From assembly GCA_963733195.1 (NCBI GenBank), contig CAVTCR010000074.1:106551-170550 (forward strand): DNA of 64,000 bases. Direction: 5' to 3'. This DNA comes from an uncultured delta proteobacterium. GTDB lineage: Bacteria; Desulfobacterota; Binatia; Bin18. Every line of letters begins with the position of its first letter. Position 1 is the stretch's first letter. The translations under genes were made by a program, and so were the position numbers. Below, piece by piece: positions 20,183-28,989 of the stretch. The notes beneath the pieces were generated by a model. That model saw nothing but the letters and a program-made list of their open reading frames with translations, had not been told where the DNA came from and did not search any database.

Positions 20183-21331
20183 TCATCTTTGTCGGTTATC
20201 ACTGTCTTTCACCGGCTTCTGCAAGAGAAACACGTCCTGATTGGCATCTTTGGCCCCACCAGGAACAAAATCGATGACAATCAATTCTCTCGCTAACACG
20301 TCACGAACATACGCTTCTGGATGATAGGCCGTACAATGATTGCTGCCGGAGAGTTCAGGGCTATACACCACCATTTCTCCCGCCGCAAACCGTTGTTGTT
20401 GGGCAAGCGGCAACGAGGAAATATGGGTTGCGCCGTGGACAGTCAAAAACAGAATTCCCCCAGGTTTCAATACCCGTGACAATTCGGCCATCCAGGCAAA
20501 CTGCAATGACGCTTCTAGGTGCGTAAAAATGGAAATGGTATACACCAAATCGAATTGAGCATCGGCATAGGAAAGTGGCGGCGATAATTCGTTGGTAGAA
20601 AACTGCGCAAAGGGAAACGCATTTCGACACCAGCCGATGAGATACGGATTGTAGTCGGTGCCAAAAAGCTTTGGGCCGTTAAGGGTCTGCCAGTGACGTA
20701 TCACGCGCCCACAACCACAACCAAAGTCGAGAATAGTGTCGAACCGATTGATATCGAAACCATTCTTGTTGAGCAGCCCTCTGATGCAGCGTGCACCGAG
20801 CAACCCACTCCAGTAAAATGGCTGGACCTGTGGCATTCCTGTCACCAACGCTACCAACTCAGGAGGCGGCAGGGGAAGACCGTCCGGTGCACCTTGCGCT
20901 CTCCATTCAACATCTGGTGGTTCTTGCAAAGCGAATACAACGCCGATGTTCTCCTCATGACACGTCATTCGATACTGTTGCTCAATGTACTGCTTGAATT
21001 GCACATGCAAGGCGAACCATTCCCAGGCAGACGCTGCAACTAGGAGAAACGCGGCCCCCTTGTTACGTAACGCCTCTATCTGGGCAATTATCGTACGATC
21101 GTCGGAAGGTATAGCGCTACTGCTCGCCAACACCAACGGCCATACGGTATGCTCTTCGCAGCGCAAGAGATTTGGAGTTTCCTGGGTAAGGAGGATGACT
21201 GTGGCATTATGAGGAAGCGAAAAGCGGAGGAGCCGTCGCAATCCTTCCCCACGAGACAGATCCTCACCCTCTCGTGTATGGTCCGCAAGACCGGGTGCCA
21301 GCAGATCTTCCATATCTCCTTCCTGTGACAT
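20183..21331 (-). CDS. Class I SAM-dependent methyltransferase with extra N-terminal domain
   Basis: ILDFGCGCGRV, SIFTHL, RVLKPGG; start moved to ATG 21331 to avoid overlap. Confidence 0.85.
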   Translation of the reverse strand: MSQEGDMEDLLAPGLADHTREGEDLSRGEGLRRLLRFSLPHNATVILLTQETPNLLRCEEHTVWPLVLASSSAIPSDDRTIIAQIEALRNKGAAFLLVAASAWEWFALHVQFKQYIEQQYRMTCHEENIGVVFALQEPPDVEWRAQGAPDGLPLPPPELVALVTGMPQVQPFYWSGLLGARCIRGLLNKNGFDINRFDTILDFGCGCGRVIRHWQTLNGPKLFGTDYNPYLIGWCRNAFPFAQFSTNELSPPLSYADAQFDLVYTISIFTHLEASLQFAWMAELSRVLKPGGILFLTVHGATHISSLPLAQQQRFAAGEMVVYSPELSGSNHCTAYHPEAYVRDVLARELIVIDFVPGGAKDANQDVFLLQKPVKDSDNRQR

Positions 21332-21347
21332 CAGGGTGCTCTCTCTT

Positions 21348-22490
21348 TTACACCGGAGAGGAGGCTTTCCGCCATCGCCACTGTTGCACGAGTCGCAAGT
21401 CCGGCAACGAAAAGAGTCGAGCAAAAAATTCTCCGTCTCTGAGTTGCGCCCAGACTTGGGTCGAAAGGATAAGCTTGTCAGCCGTGGAAAGAAACCGTGC
21501 GATCGCAGGGACACACAAGGGAAGAGGGGAGAGTTGCCATAAATGCTCCCCTATCAGAGGTTTTGGTAGTGAGAAAACCGGTGGCTCAATACAGGTGCCG
21601 AGATCCACCCCATCGCCAGGTTGCCATGAGTTATCTTTCCGCACTCGCCACTGCGTAGCCGCTCCTACTACGTTCCCTCCTAGCAGCTTGCCATAATACT
21701 TTCGGAAGTAGCGCATTTCTGACTCTTTCCCAGCTTGCTGTGCAGTCGAGACCTCTTGTCGGGCACTCTGATTATGCAGATGGATAACGTCCGCCGTTGG
21801 CACGTAATAAAGCCCATATCCTTTCTGTCGCATCCGTCGACACCAGTCCGTATCTTCGTAATAGAGACGAAACTGTTCGTCAAATCCACCACACGCTGCC
21901 AGTATCTCTTTGTGAGTCAAAAGGCTTGCCCCTGACAGCATGGGTTGAGGGAGGGATTTCTGCGTGCGCCAATACTGCAGCGCGCGTTCACGCCAGGTAT
22001 GCTCCAGCCACCGCCGCCCACGCTCCGATCGGCCCAGCATCGTTTCAAAGAAAGATCGCGTCAATGTTACTGGATCACTTGGAGGCAATAAGAATGTTTG
22101 CTCACGATCCCACCATAACCGGGGGCCTACGGCTCCACAACGCGGCAATCTACTAAACTCATCAACCAGCGTTTGCAACGCGCCGGGGACGTACCATGTG
22201 TCAGAATTGGAGAACAAGACGAAATCACTATCGGTTCTTTCTACTGCCTGATTGAGCGCAGCACCATACCCTCGGTTTTCCTCGTTATACACAACACGCA
22301 CGCCAATTCCGGATAACGCCCGCCGTTCGTCAGCACGCGAGGCATTATCGACAACGACGACATGCGGAGACTCAACTTTACCATCCGATCGATAGAGCCT
22401 CTGCGCTTGCAGAGAAGCCACACAGCGGTGGGTGAGTTCAGTGGTGTTGTAGTTGACGATCAGAACAGAGAGCAAAGGACGGGAAGGCAT
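21348..22490 (-). CDS. Glycosyltransferase family 2
   Basis: SVLIVNYN, VVDNAS, NSD, YYEDTDWC. Confidence 0.88.
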   Translation of the reverse strand: MPSRPLLSVLIVNYNTTELTHRCVASLQAQRLYRSDGKVESPHVVVVDNASRADERRALSGIGVRVVYNEENRGYGAALNQAVERTDSDFVLFSNSDTWYVPGALQTLVDEFSRLPRCGAVGPRLWWDREQTFLLPPSDPVTLTRSFFETMLGRSERGRRWLEHTWRERALQYWRTQKSLPQPMLSGASLLTHKEILAACGGFDEQFRLYYEDTDWCRRMRQKGYGLYYVPTADVIHLHNQSARQEVSTAQQAGKESEMRYFRKYYGKLLGGNVVGAATQWRVRKDNSWQPGDGVDLGTCIEPPVFSLPKPLIGEHLWQLSPLPLCVPAIARFLSTADKLILSTQVWAQLRDGEFFARLFSLPDLRLVQQWRWRKASSPV

Positions 22491-22542
22491 AGCGGTTGTT
22501 GGCCTTCATGACGGCCATACGGGGTATTCGACAAACCAATAG

Positions 22543-23550
22543 TTATGCCGAGCGAAAGACCTGCTCAATTCGTTCTGCCACACGCGCAAAAGTATACTGT
22601 CGCGCAATTTCCAGACCACGGCGACGTTGGCGTTGGCGTAATTCCTCATCTGTCAACAACTGACACAGGGCAAGACGCATGCCGTTCACATCACGTTCGG
22701 CAAAGAACAGTGCCCAGTCGTTCGTGTCGGCAAAGGCGCGAAACGTGGCGGTATCACTCACCGCTACTGGCACCCCACTAGCAAGTGCTTCTAACACCGG
22801 AAGTCCGAATCCCTCTCGTGCCAATGACGGTCCGAGCAAGACGTCACAGGAACGATACAAAGCTCCCATCTCAGTTGGATGCAATCGCACGTGATAGTCA
22901 TCCCCCACACCAAAGGCGGCTTCATCTGGGGAGCATCCCAATGCAGACACACGTACCACATGTACGGACATTTCTCGCTTGAGCGCGCGGAGGGCAGTAA
23001 GGCCATCAGCAATGCCTTTACAATCATCTTCGTACAATCCGACGAGCAAGACCCGGGGGATTTCGTTTTTCACCTGTTGTCGGTCAGCGAAAAACAGCGA
23101 ATGATTTATTCCTTGACCAACGGTGTAGGCTTTTTTTCCGAACCGCACCTGAATCAGTTGGGTCAACGGCTCGTGTACCGTGAGGATGAGCGTAGGTAAC
23201 CGATACACATCCTCGATCGTCGGACGATCGGTATCGTACGCTGGCGTATCTCCCTCGTACCCCTGGCAGAGGTGGACTGGGCGACCTTTACCAGATTGTA
23301 CGGCGGCTCGCACTGTGGGCCAAAATGTCCCGATGAGAAAATCACACTCAGGAAGCGCTGACGGCAGGAATTCATTGACTTGGCGAAAGGGCACTCGCAA
23401 CGGATACCAATCGGGACGTGCACCTTTAGAAATCACTTCGACATGATGCCCACGTTCTTGGAGCGCCTCGGCTTGCTCAAACGTGACTTTCACTCCACCG
23501 CACAGCGGGGTCCCCTCTGACAAGTAACAGATACGCATGCCTGTTCCCAT
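22543..23550 (-). CDS. Glycosyltransferase family 4
   Basis: CGGVKV, EGFGLPVLEALASG. Confidence 0.88.
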   Translation of the reverse strand: MGTGMRICYLSEGTPLCGGVKVTFEQAEALQERGHHVEVISKGARPDWYPLRVPFRQVNEFLPSALPECDFLIGTFWPTVRAAVQSGKGRPVHLCQGYEGDTPAYDTDRPTIEDVYRLPTLILTVHEPLTQLIQVRFGKKAYTVGQGINHSLFFADRQQVKNEIPRVLLVGLYEDDCKGIADGLTALRALKREMSVHVVRVSALGCSPDEAAFGVGDDYHVRLHPTEMGALYRSCDVLLGPSLAREGFGLPVLEALASGVPVAVSDTATFRAFADTNDWALFFAERDVNGMRLALCQLLTDEELRQRQRRRGLEIARQYTFARVAERIEQVFRSA

Positions 23551-23571
23551 CCTGCGGTTCTGACCTCACCC

Positions 23572-24801
23572 TCAACGAGCATCATGAGCAGCAAAGTTCG
23601 TAGTGGTCCTTGTCTCCTCTGTCCAGGTATGATCCAGGTGGAAGATGCCCCATTCTTTTTCGTCGGTCGCGATGGTGAAAGTTTGCTCAGTAACTTTCTG
23701 ATAGTAGATATGTACCCCGTGTTCATCAAGTAAGAAAACAACAATTCGGAATGATCCATTACTCAACAAAAGATTGGGAAAAGAAACAGTAACATTATAG
23801 GACAGCCGTCCAACAAATGGCCCACGTCCTTCTTTTAGGGTGGTCGTGGCAAAACAGGTCAAGTTATCGATACGGTCAATGGCAATGCCGAGATGAAATA
23901 AGCGATCCGGATGATCGCTTTTCCAGCGGACCTGCACACGCAACGACTCTCCCCGCTTCACCACCCGGACATTTTCCTGAAGAATGCCACCGTCAATGGC
24001 AACCTCTTCTATTTCACCACCGAGACGAAGGTCACGCCAGTGCTGTTCTGGTAGATGCTCTGTTTTCGCTTGCAGATAGGTTTCGTAGGCATTCACAACC
24101 TGTACAGTTGGCCCGTAGGCTTCAACCTGTCCGTTGCGCAACCATATCGCTTCCTGACAAAGCATATTGACGCTATAGAGTGAATGGGAACAGAGGAGTA
24201 CACTCCCCCCCTTTGCCTGGAACGTACTGATGCGATCGATACATTTCTTCTGAAAGTAGCCGTCGCCGACCGCCAGGGCTTCGTCAACAATAAGCAGGTC
24301 CGGATCAACACTCACTGCAAGAGAAAAAGACAGTCGCATCCCCATACCAGTGGAATAGCTTCTGAGGGGACGGTGCAAAAATTTCCCCAGCTCCGAGAAT
24401 TCTACAATTTCGGGCAGCTTCTCTTCCATTTGTTTGCGCGAGAAACCAAGCAGCGCTCCCCCGACGAAAAGATTTTCAAGGCCACTGAATTCAGGATGGA
24501 ACCCAGTACCAAGCTCGATAATAGAAGCAACACGACCCTGAACACTGACCGTTCCGGTCGTTGGAGTGAGGACCCCCGTAATGAGTTTGAGAAGTGTCGA
24601 TTTCCCAGCGCCGTTCTCTCCCAGAACCCCAAGGGATACCCCTTTTGGCAGGCTGAAACTCACGTTTTTGACAGCCCAGAAATCATCGTGATAATAGCGC
24701 CGCGAGAAAAGCTCTTTAAAGCGATCGATTGGATGCGCGTACAACCGATAACACTTCCCCAGGTTGTTAACAGTCAACAGCGCAGAAGGCGACACGTGCA
24801 T
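23572..24801 (-). CDS. wzt: Polysaccharide ABC exporter ATP-binding subunit with C-terminal carbohydrate-binding domain
   Basis: GENGAGKST, YSTGMGMRL, DEALAVGD, Wzt_C-like C-terminus; likely start ATG 24801. Confidence 0.92.
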   Translation of the reverse strand: MHVSPSALLTVNNLGKCYRLYAHPIDRFKELFSRRYYHDDFWAVKNVSFSLPKGVSLGVLGENGAGKSTLLKLITGVLTPTTGTVSVQGRVASIIELGTGFHPEFSGLENLFVGGALLGFSRKQMEEKLPEIVEFSELGKFLHRPLRSYSTGMGMRLSFSLAVSVDPDLLIVDEALAVGDGYFQKKCIDRISTFQAKGGSVLLCSHSLYSVNMLCQEAIWLRNGQVEAYGPTVQVVNAYETYLQAKTEHLPEQHWRDLRLGGEIEEVAIDGGILQENVRVVKRGESLRVQVRWKSDHPDRLFHLGIAIDRIDNLTCFATTTLKEGRGPFVGRLSYNVTVSFPNLLLSNGSFRIVVFLLDEHGVHIYYQKVTEQTFTIATDEKEWGIFHLDHTWTEETRTTTNFAAHDAR

Positions 24802-24822
24802 TTCTGTAGCGACTTTGATGGC

Positions 24823-24851
24823 AAAAAAAAGGGCGGGGATGTTCCCCGCCC
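24823..24851 (-). terminator. Rho-independent terminator after the secreted-protein gene
   Basis: Minus strand gggcgggga-aca-tccccgccc followed by T8. Confidence 0.88.
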
Positions 24852-24888
24852 ACGTGTTCACAACATAACGACCCGCAGCAATACGCAC

Positions 24889-26201
24889 TTACTCTGCGCC
24901 GGCTCCACCTTGGTAGTTCGTGTATTGCCGATGCGCTGGGAATAACGCATCCCATCGCAAAATTCCGACCCAGGCCCAGGATACCTCACCGAAGTTGTTG
25001 GCAAACTGCAGCGAGTACGCCACCGCCTGAATCGGCGGTCGCTACCCCCCTGCTCCCCACGTCGCCCCATATACGGATCGTAGCCACAATAGCCAAACTG
25101 CCCACAGACAAACTTAATCCGGAACCACCCGCCCGGTGCTCCCGGCGTGATGATCGCAGCCGTCGGCCGAAATTCACCTCATTCGGCAGGTTGAACGTCA
25201 CCGAATGCGAATTCTCATCCTCGTCATACACCGCCAAGTTCAACGCTCGCCGCCGCCCCAGTGGTGTTGCGATCCTTCCACAACCATACCTCCGACCGCC
25301 CATTCAACTCCGTCGCACCGAAAAATACCGCACGAGCAAACTCAACGGCGAATCCGGCTCTGCCCCACCGGTTGCATCCGCATCTCCCGTCTGCGCCACG
25401 TCTCCGGCTGGCCCATCAATCCGCTCCCGGTTCAAGGTCGCCATACACAAAGCCAGCACCATTACACGACACTGGAGCTGAGGTCTGCAGGAACACAAGC
25501 TCCACCACCCTGCTCCTCAACACACCGCGTCAGATAAAACCCGTCTGAGTTCAGATAGCCGACTGGCGCCTGAACAGCCCCGTGACCAAAGCATGGACTA
25601 ACTGCTTCAATGCTCACCGCATTGAACCCCGTCGCTGACCCGGCTGGCAAATTCGACCAAGTACGAATGCCCGACTAAAATATTCCAGTCCCCGAACGGA
25701 TACCCCGCTGCCCCGGAAATTAAACGTCGGCCCACTCACCACGTCCGCCGTCACATACCCTGCACAGAATGTTACACCATAGGACCGTCAACGACTCACC
25801 ACACCCGTCGGTGCAGGCGCTATCACGGCGAGGTCACTCGCGACACTCCTGCCCACCAACCAGTAAGTCTAACAAACTGCACGAAAACACATCGTGCGGC
25901 GTCAAGCTGACACTAAAATCATAAATGTGCGCGAAGTCACACTCCAGATCGTGATATGCACCCATGTTGCGCCACACCACTGAAGCGCTGACGTTGTAGC
26001 ACCTGCTGTGTTAGTCACCACCATCAACGTATCCTGCCACGAAAGCGGCCCCGGCGTTCGGATTAGACCTTGAAAAACGGAAATAATAATGTCGCCGCCG
26101 GTACATCATCCGGTATCCCAACCACCGCTCTCCCACGCCTACTACCCAAGAAGAATAGCCCTGCAACCAAAGTCACCACAGTCCTGCTCTCATTTTTGCA
26201 T
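24889..26201 (-). CDS. Secreted ~430-aa protein, candidate S-layer/major surface protein; multiple frameshifts
   Basis: AAGGAGG RBS before ATG 26201. Reassembled fragments: signal-like VVTLVAGLFFLG, GIPDDVPAATLLFPFFKV, QDTLMVVTNT, WVHITIWSV, YDFSVSLTPHDVFSC, AGYVTADVV, GFNAVSIEA, LAVYDEDENS, GGWFRI, WDALFPAHRQYTNYQGGAGAE-stop (24889). Confidence 0.7.
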
Positions 26202-26357
26202 TACTCTGCCTCCTTCCTTCTAAAATGCCGTAAGGGAATTGCAATACCTCTTGTAACCAAATACTGCTCACACTGCGTTACTGCCCCGATCTGATAATTG
26301 AAGCTTATGCTCTCCGCTCAGCTAAGCCCACTCCGGGCCTCTCTCTCATAGCCCACA

Positions 26358-26831
26358 TCACCTCCTTTCCATGTCCGTGCCGTCACCATCACTCGGGAAG
26401 TGATGATACCACTGGCCTCTGTTCCTCACCCAACGTTCTGACATTGACGAGGACACAGCCCGAGAGAGCCCCGGCAAAAGATATTCCGCTTTCAACTCCA
26501 CCTCCGCCTCATCTCCATTTTCCTTAATTGATTGAATCGTATACTTGGTGAAAACAATAGGCGCTGTGAGGATTTTCCTCAGGTAGGTTTGCTTATCAGG
26601 TACCCCTGGCGCTTCAAACTTATACGTTAATTCCGTTTTCTTTTCTATACGTAGTTTCCAGTATTCTTTTACTCGCTCTTCTAAGCTGACCGGCTTTCCA
26701 CCACACGAGGATGCTACCATGCCTAGGAGACTTAACGCAAACGCAATACGTACCGCCTTGCCGCTTTTGGATGAGCGCCCCTCTGCTTCATTATTCTGGC
26801 TGGGCATTCTTGTCAAGTGCAAACTACTCAA
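26358..26831 (-). CDS. Small putative lipoprotein (NTF2/SnoaL-like fold possible)
   Basis: Hydrophobic stretch ending VASSC (lipobox-like); LEERVKEYW...ERWVRNRGQWY. Confidence 0.65.
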   Translation of the reverse strand: MSSLHLTRMPSQNNEAEGRSSKSGKAVRIAFALSLLGMVASSCGGKPVSLEERVKEYWKLRIEKKTELTYKFEAPGVPDKQTYLRKILTAPIVFTKYTIQSIKENGDEAEVELKAEYLLPGLSRAVSSSMSERWVRNRGQWYHHFPSDGDGTDMERR

Positions 26832-26856
26832 CGTACGCTCACACCACCCCCAGATA

Positions 26857-28116
26857 CTACCGCCCTACCCACGCAATAATCTTTCCATCACCCTCGCCGG
26901 CATAGTTCGCCACAATCACATTCTGAGCGCTTTTCTCGCAGAGAAAAGCGCGAACTTTGTAGTTCCTTAATTTTTCCGATTCTGCAGCTGCTTGCAGCTC
27001 TTGGCGCTCAAACCAATTACCATCTGGTTGTTGGCTGTAGAGCTTCAATGTTCCGGTATACATACCAGCGGCAGCAATTTCTTTACGCCCATCTCCGTCA
27101 ACGTCAGTGGCGGTTACGCCACTGACCCAAAAGACTTGCGGAAGCCCCTGCGAAAGGTTGTTCCACTGACTCCCATCCCAGCGGTACACACGCGGGCCAC
27201 CATTCTGGTACATCGGCGCCCCGCCTACGCCCAACAACACTTCCGCTTTCTCATCGTTATCAAGATCAACGAGCTGGACGCTCCAGGCGATGATATGACT
27301 GGGTAACCCTTCTGCACTTACAGCATGCCATTTGCCATTGCCGTCGCTTAGCCAGAGAAACTGCGGTCGCGTATCATTGAGGCTCCCGGTAGCAATATCC
27401 GGAACGCCATCTCCATTCACTTCGCCAATTGCCACATCGTCGCCGAACAATCCCCTAGAGCCTTCAATTCCTTCAAATCTCCATCCCGAGGCCTCATTCC
27501 AGAGAATCCCGAGACCTTGGGGTTCATCATTTGATTCTCTCCCCGGAGCTTCAGAAAGGGCCACGAGATCTACACGCCCGTCCTTGTTCATATCGGCAGT
27601 CACAATCGCCCGGGAGCGGAAGGTGCGAACGCTTTCCGGTACGTTCGACTGTTCCTCCCACGGCCCACACGGCCCTGTGCCAGTGTTACTAAAGATGCGA
27701 ATGCCAGTTTCGTGCACAGCGATGGCAATCTCCATTTTCCCGTCTCCAGTAAAATCAGCGACGGTCACTCCGCCATATGCGTATTCCTGTTGAGGAAAGC
27801 CATTGTGCCCAACCCCCGTACACACCACCGGCTGCCAACGGTTTTCCCGACGCAAAAAAATGTGCGGCCACGGTTCTTTGCTCTTGCGAGGTGGAGCAGT
27901 AATGAGGTCGAGTTCACCATCGCCATCCATATCAGCAAAAGTAAAATCCTGTCGCCACAGATCTCCGCTTGGCAGTCCATCAGCCGCAACTACCAGGCTC
28001 TTTGGCCCTCCTGGTGACGGAGCATCAGACGTACAGGCACACACGAAAAGTCCGGCGCTCATGAATACCAGCATGAGCGCAACTCCCAGTCTCCAACTCA
28101 TCATCCTCCCATTCAT
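26857..28116 (-). CDS. FG-GAP/VCBS-repeat beta-propeller lipoprotein
   Basis: Signal peptide with Cys; repeated DxDGDGxxD(L/I) motifs (DMDGDGELDL, DFTGDGKMEI, DMNKDGRVDL, EVNGDGVPDI, DVDGDGRKEI). Confidence 0.85.
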   Translation of the reverse strand: MNGRMMSWRLGVALMLVFMSAGLFVCACTSDAPSPGGPKSLVVAADGLPSGDLWRQDFTFADMDGDGELDLITAPPRKSKEPWPHIFLRRENRWQPVVCTGVGHNGFPQQEYAYGGVTVADFTGDGKMEIAIAVHETGIRIFSNTGTGPCGPWEEQSNVPESVRTFRSRAIVTADMNKDGRVDLVALSEAPGRESNDEPQGLGILWNEASGWRFEGIEGSRGLFGDDVAIGEVNGDGVPDIATGSLNDTRPQFLWLSDGNGKWHAVSAEGLPSHIIAWSVQLVDLDNDEKAEVLLGVGGAPMYQNGGPRVYRWDGSQWNNLSQGLPQVFWVSGVTATDVDGDGRKEIAAAGMYTGTLKLYSQQPDGNWFERQELQAAAESEKLRNYKVRAFLCEKSAQNVIVANYAGEGDGKIIAWVGR

Positions 28117-28143
28117 ATCACTTTCCGTGATTATCCATATCTC

Positions 28144-28944
28144 TTAGAGAAGATCGGCAAACTCAGGTTCCAGTCGTGAAAAGACCCAGTGCCCAGAGAG
28201 CAACACCACAGCCGTCCACACACAGGGCGTCCCCAAGTCCGCAAGAGCGGGCAGGGTCCCTTCAAGGAGAATGGCACGATAGGAAGAAACGATCGGGGTA
28301 AACGGATTCCAGTGCCACACGGTCATAAACCGGGAAGGAACATACGACAACGGATAAATGATCGGCGTCAAGTAAAACCACACCATGAAAACCATCTGCA
28401 GGACCGGAAGCGTATCCCGCAACAGCGTCTGCACGCTCGCGGCGATCAGTCCAAACCCAAACGCGAGAGCCGTTTGTAAACATAACAATACCGGGAGGAG
28501 TGGCAGACTCACCCATGCCAGCCGTCCTGTCACTAATAGTGCGACAAGCAAGACGCTGAAACTGAGCACAGAAGCAACAAGACTTGCTAAGATACTGCTC
28601 ACCACCAGCACCACGGTAGGGAAGCGCATGGCTTTGACTAAGCTCGCATTATCGATAATCGCCGTTGCCGCCTTGGTAACGCCTTCCTGAAAACCAAGCC
28701 ACGGCAGAAGGCCGGCCAAGAGGTAAAAAGCAAACACTCCATGCCCGGCTTCAGTGGTAAACTTCACTTGCAGGATTGTGGAGAAGACAAACATATAGAC
28801 CAAAAACAATAAGAGTGGCTGAAGGATTGCCCATGCCAGGCCAAGAACGGATCCAGCGTAGCGAGCTCGGAGATCGCGGCGGACGAGCCCGGCAATCATC
28901 ACTCGGTGTGTCCACATCTGCGCGAACATAAACATCTTCCCCAC
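28144..28944 (-). CDS. wzm: Polysaccharide ABC exporter permease
   Basis: RDLRARYAGSVLGLAW, WFYLTPIIYP, NPF, FADLL. Confidence 0.92.
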   Translation of the reverse strand: MGKMFMFAQMWTHRVMIAGLVRRDLRARYAGSVLGLAWAILQPLLLFLVYMFVFSTILQVKFTTEAGHGVFAFYLLAGLLPWLGFQEGVTKAATAIIDNASLVKAMRFPTVVLVVSSILASLVASVLSFSVLLVALLVTGRLAWVSLPLLPVLLCLQTALAFGFGLIAASVQTLLRDTLPVLQMVFMVWFYLTPIIYPLSYVPSRFMTVWHWNPFTPIVSSYRAILLEGTLPALADLGTPCVWTAVVLLSGHWVFSRLEPEFADLL

Positions 28945-28989
28945 AGCGAGGCCGCACTTTACCGTGCTTCGCCTATGGGGTCAACCCAT

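Noticed and set aside
24184-24945. 253-aa plus-strand ORF and similar long antisense ORFs (e.g. 28906..29484, 57608..58297, 60833..61507)
   Set aside because: Antisense to well-supported genes, with no recognisable motifs.
26225-26290. Sigma54 promoter for the secreted-protein gene
   Set aside because: GG and GC dinucleotides are not at the required -24/-12 spacing.
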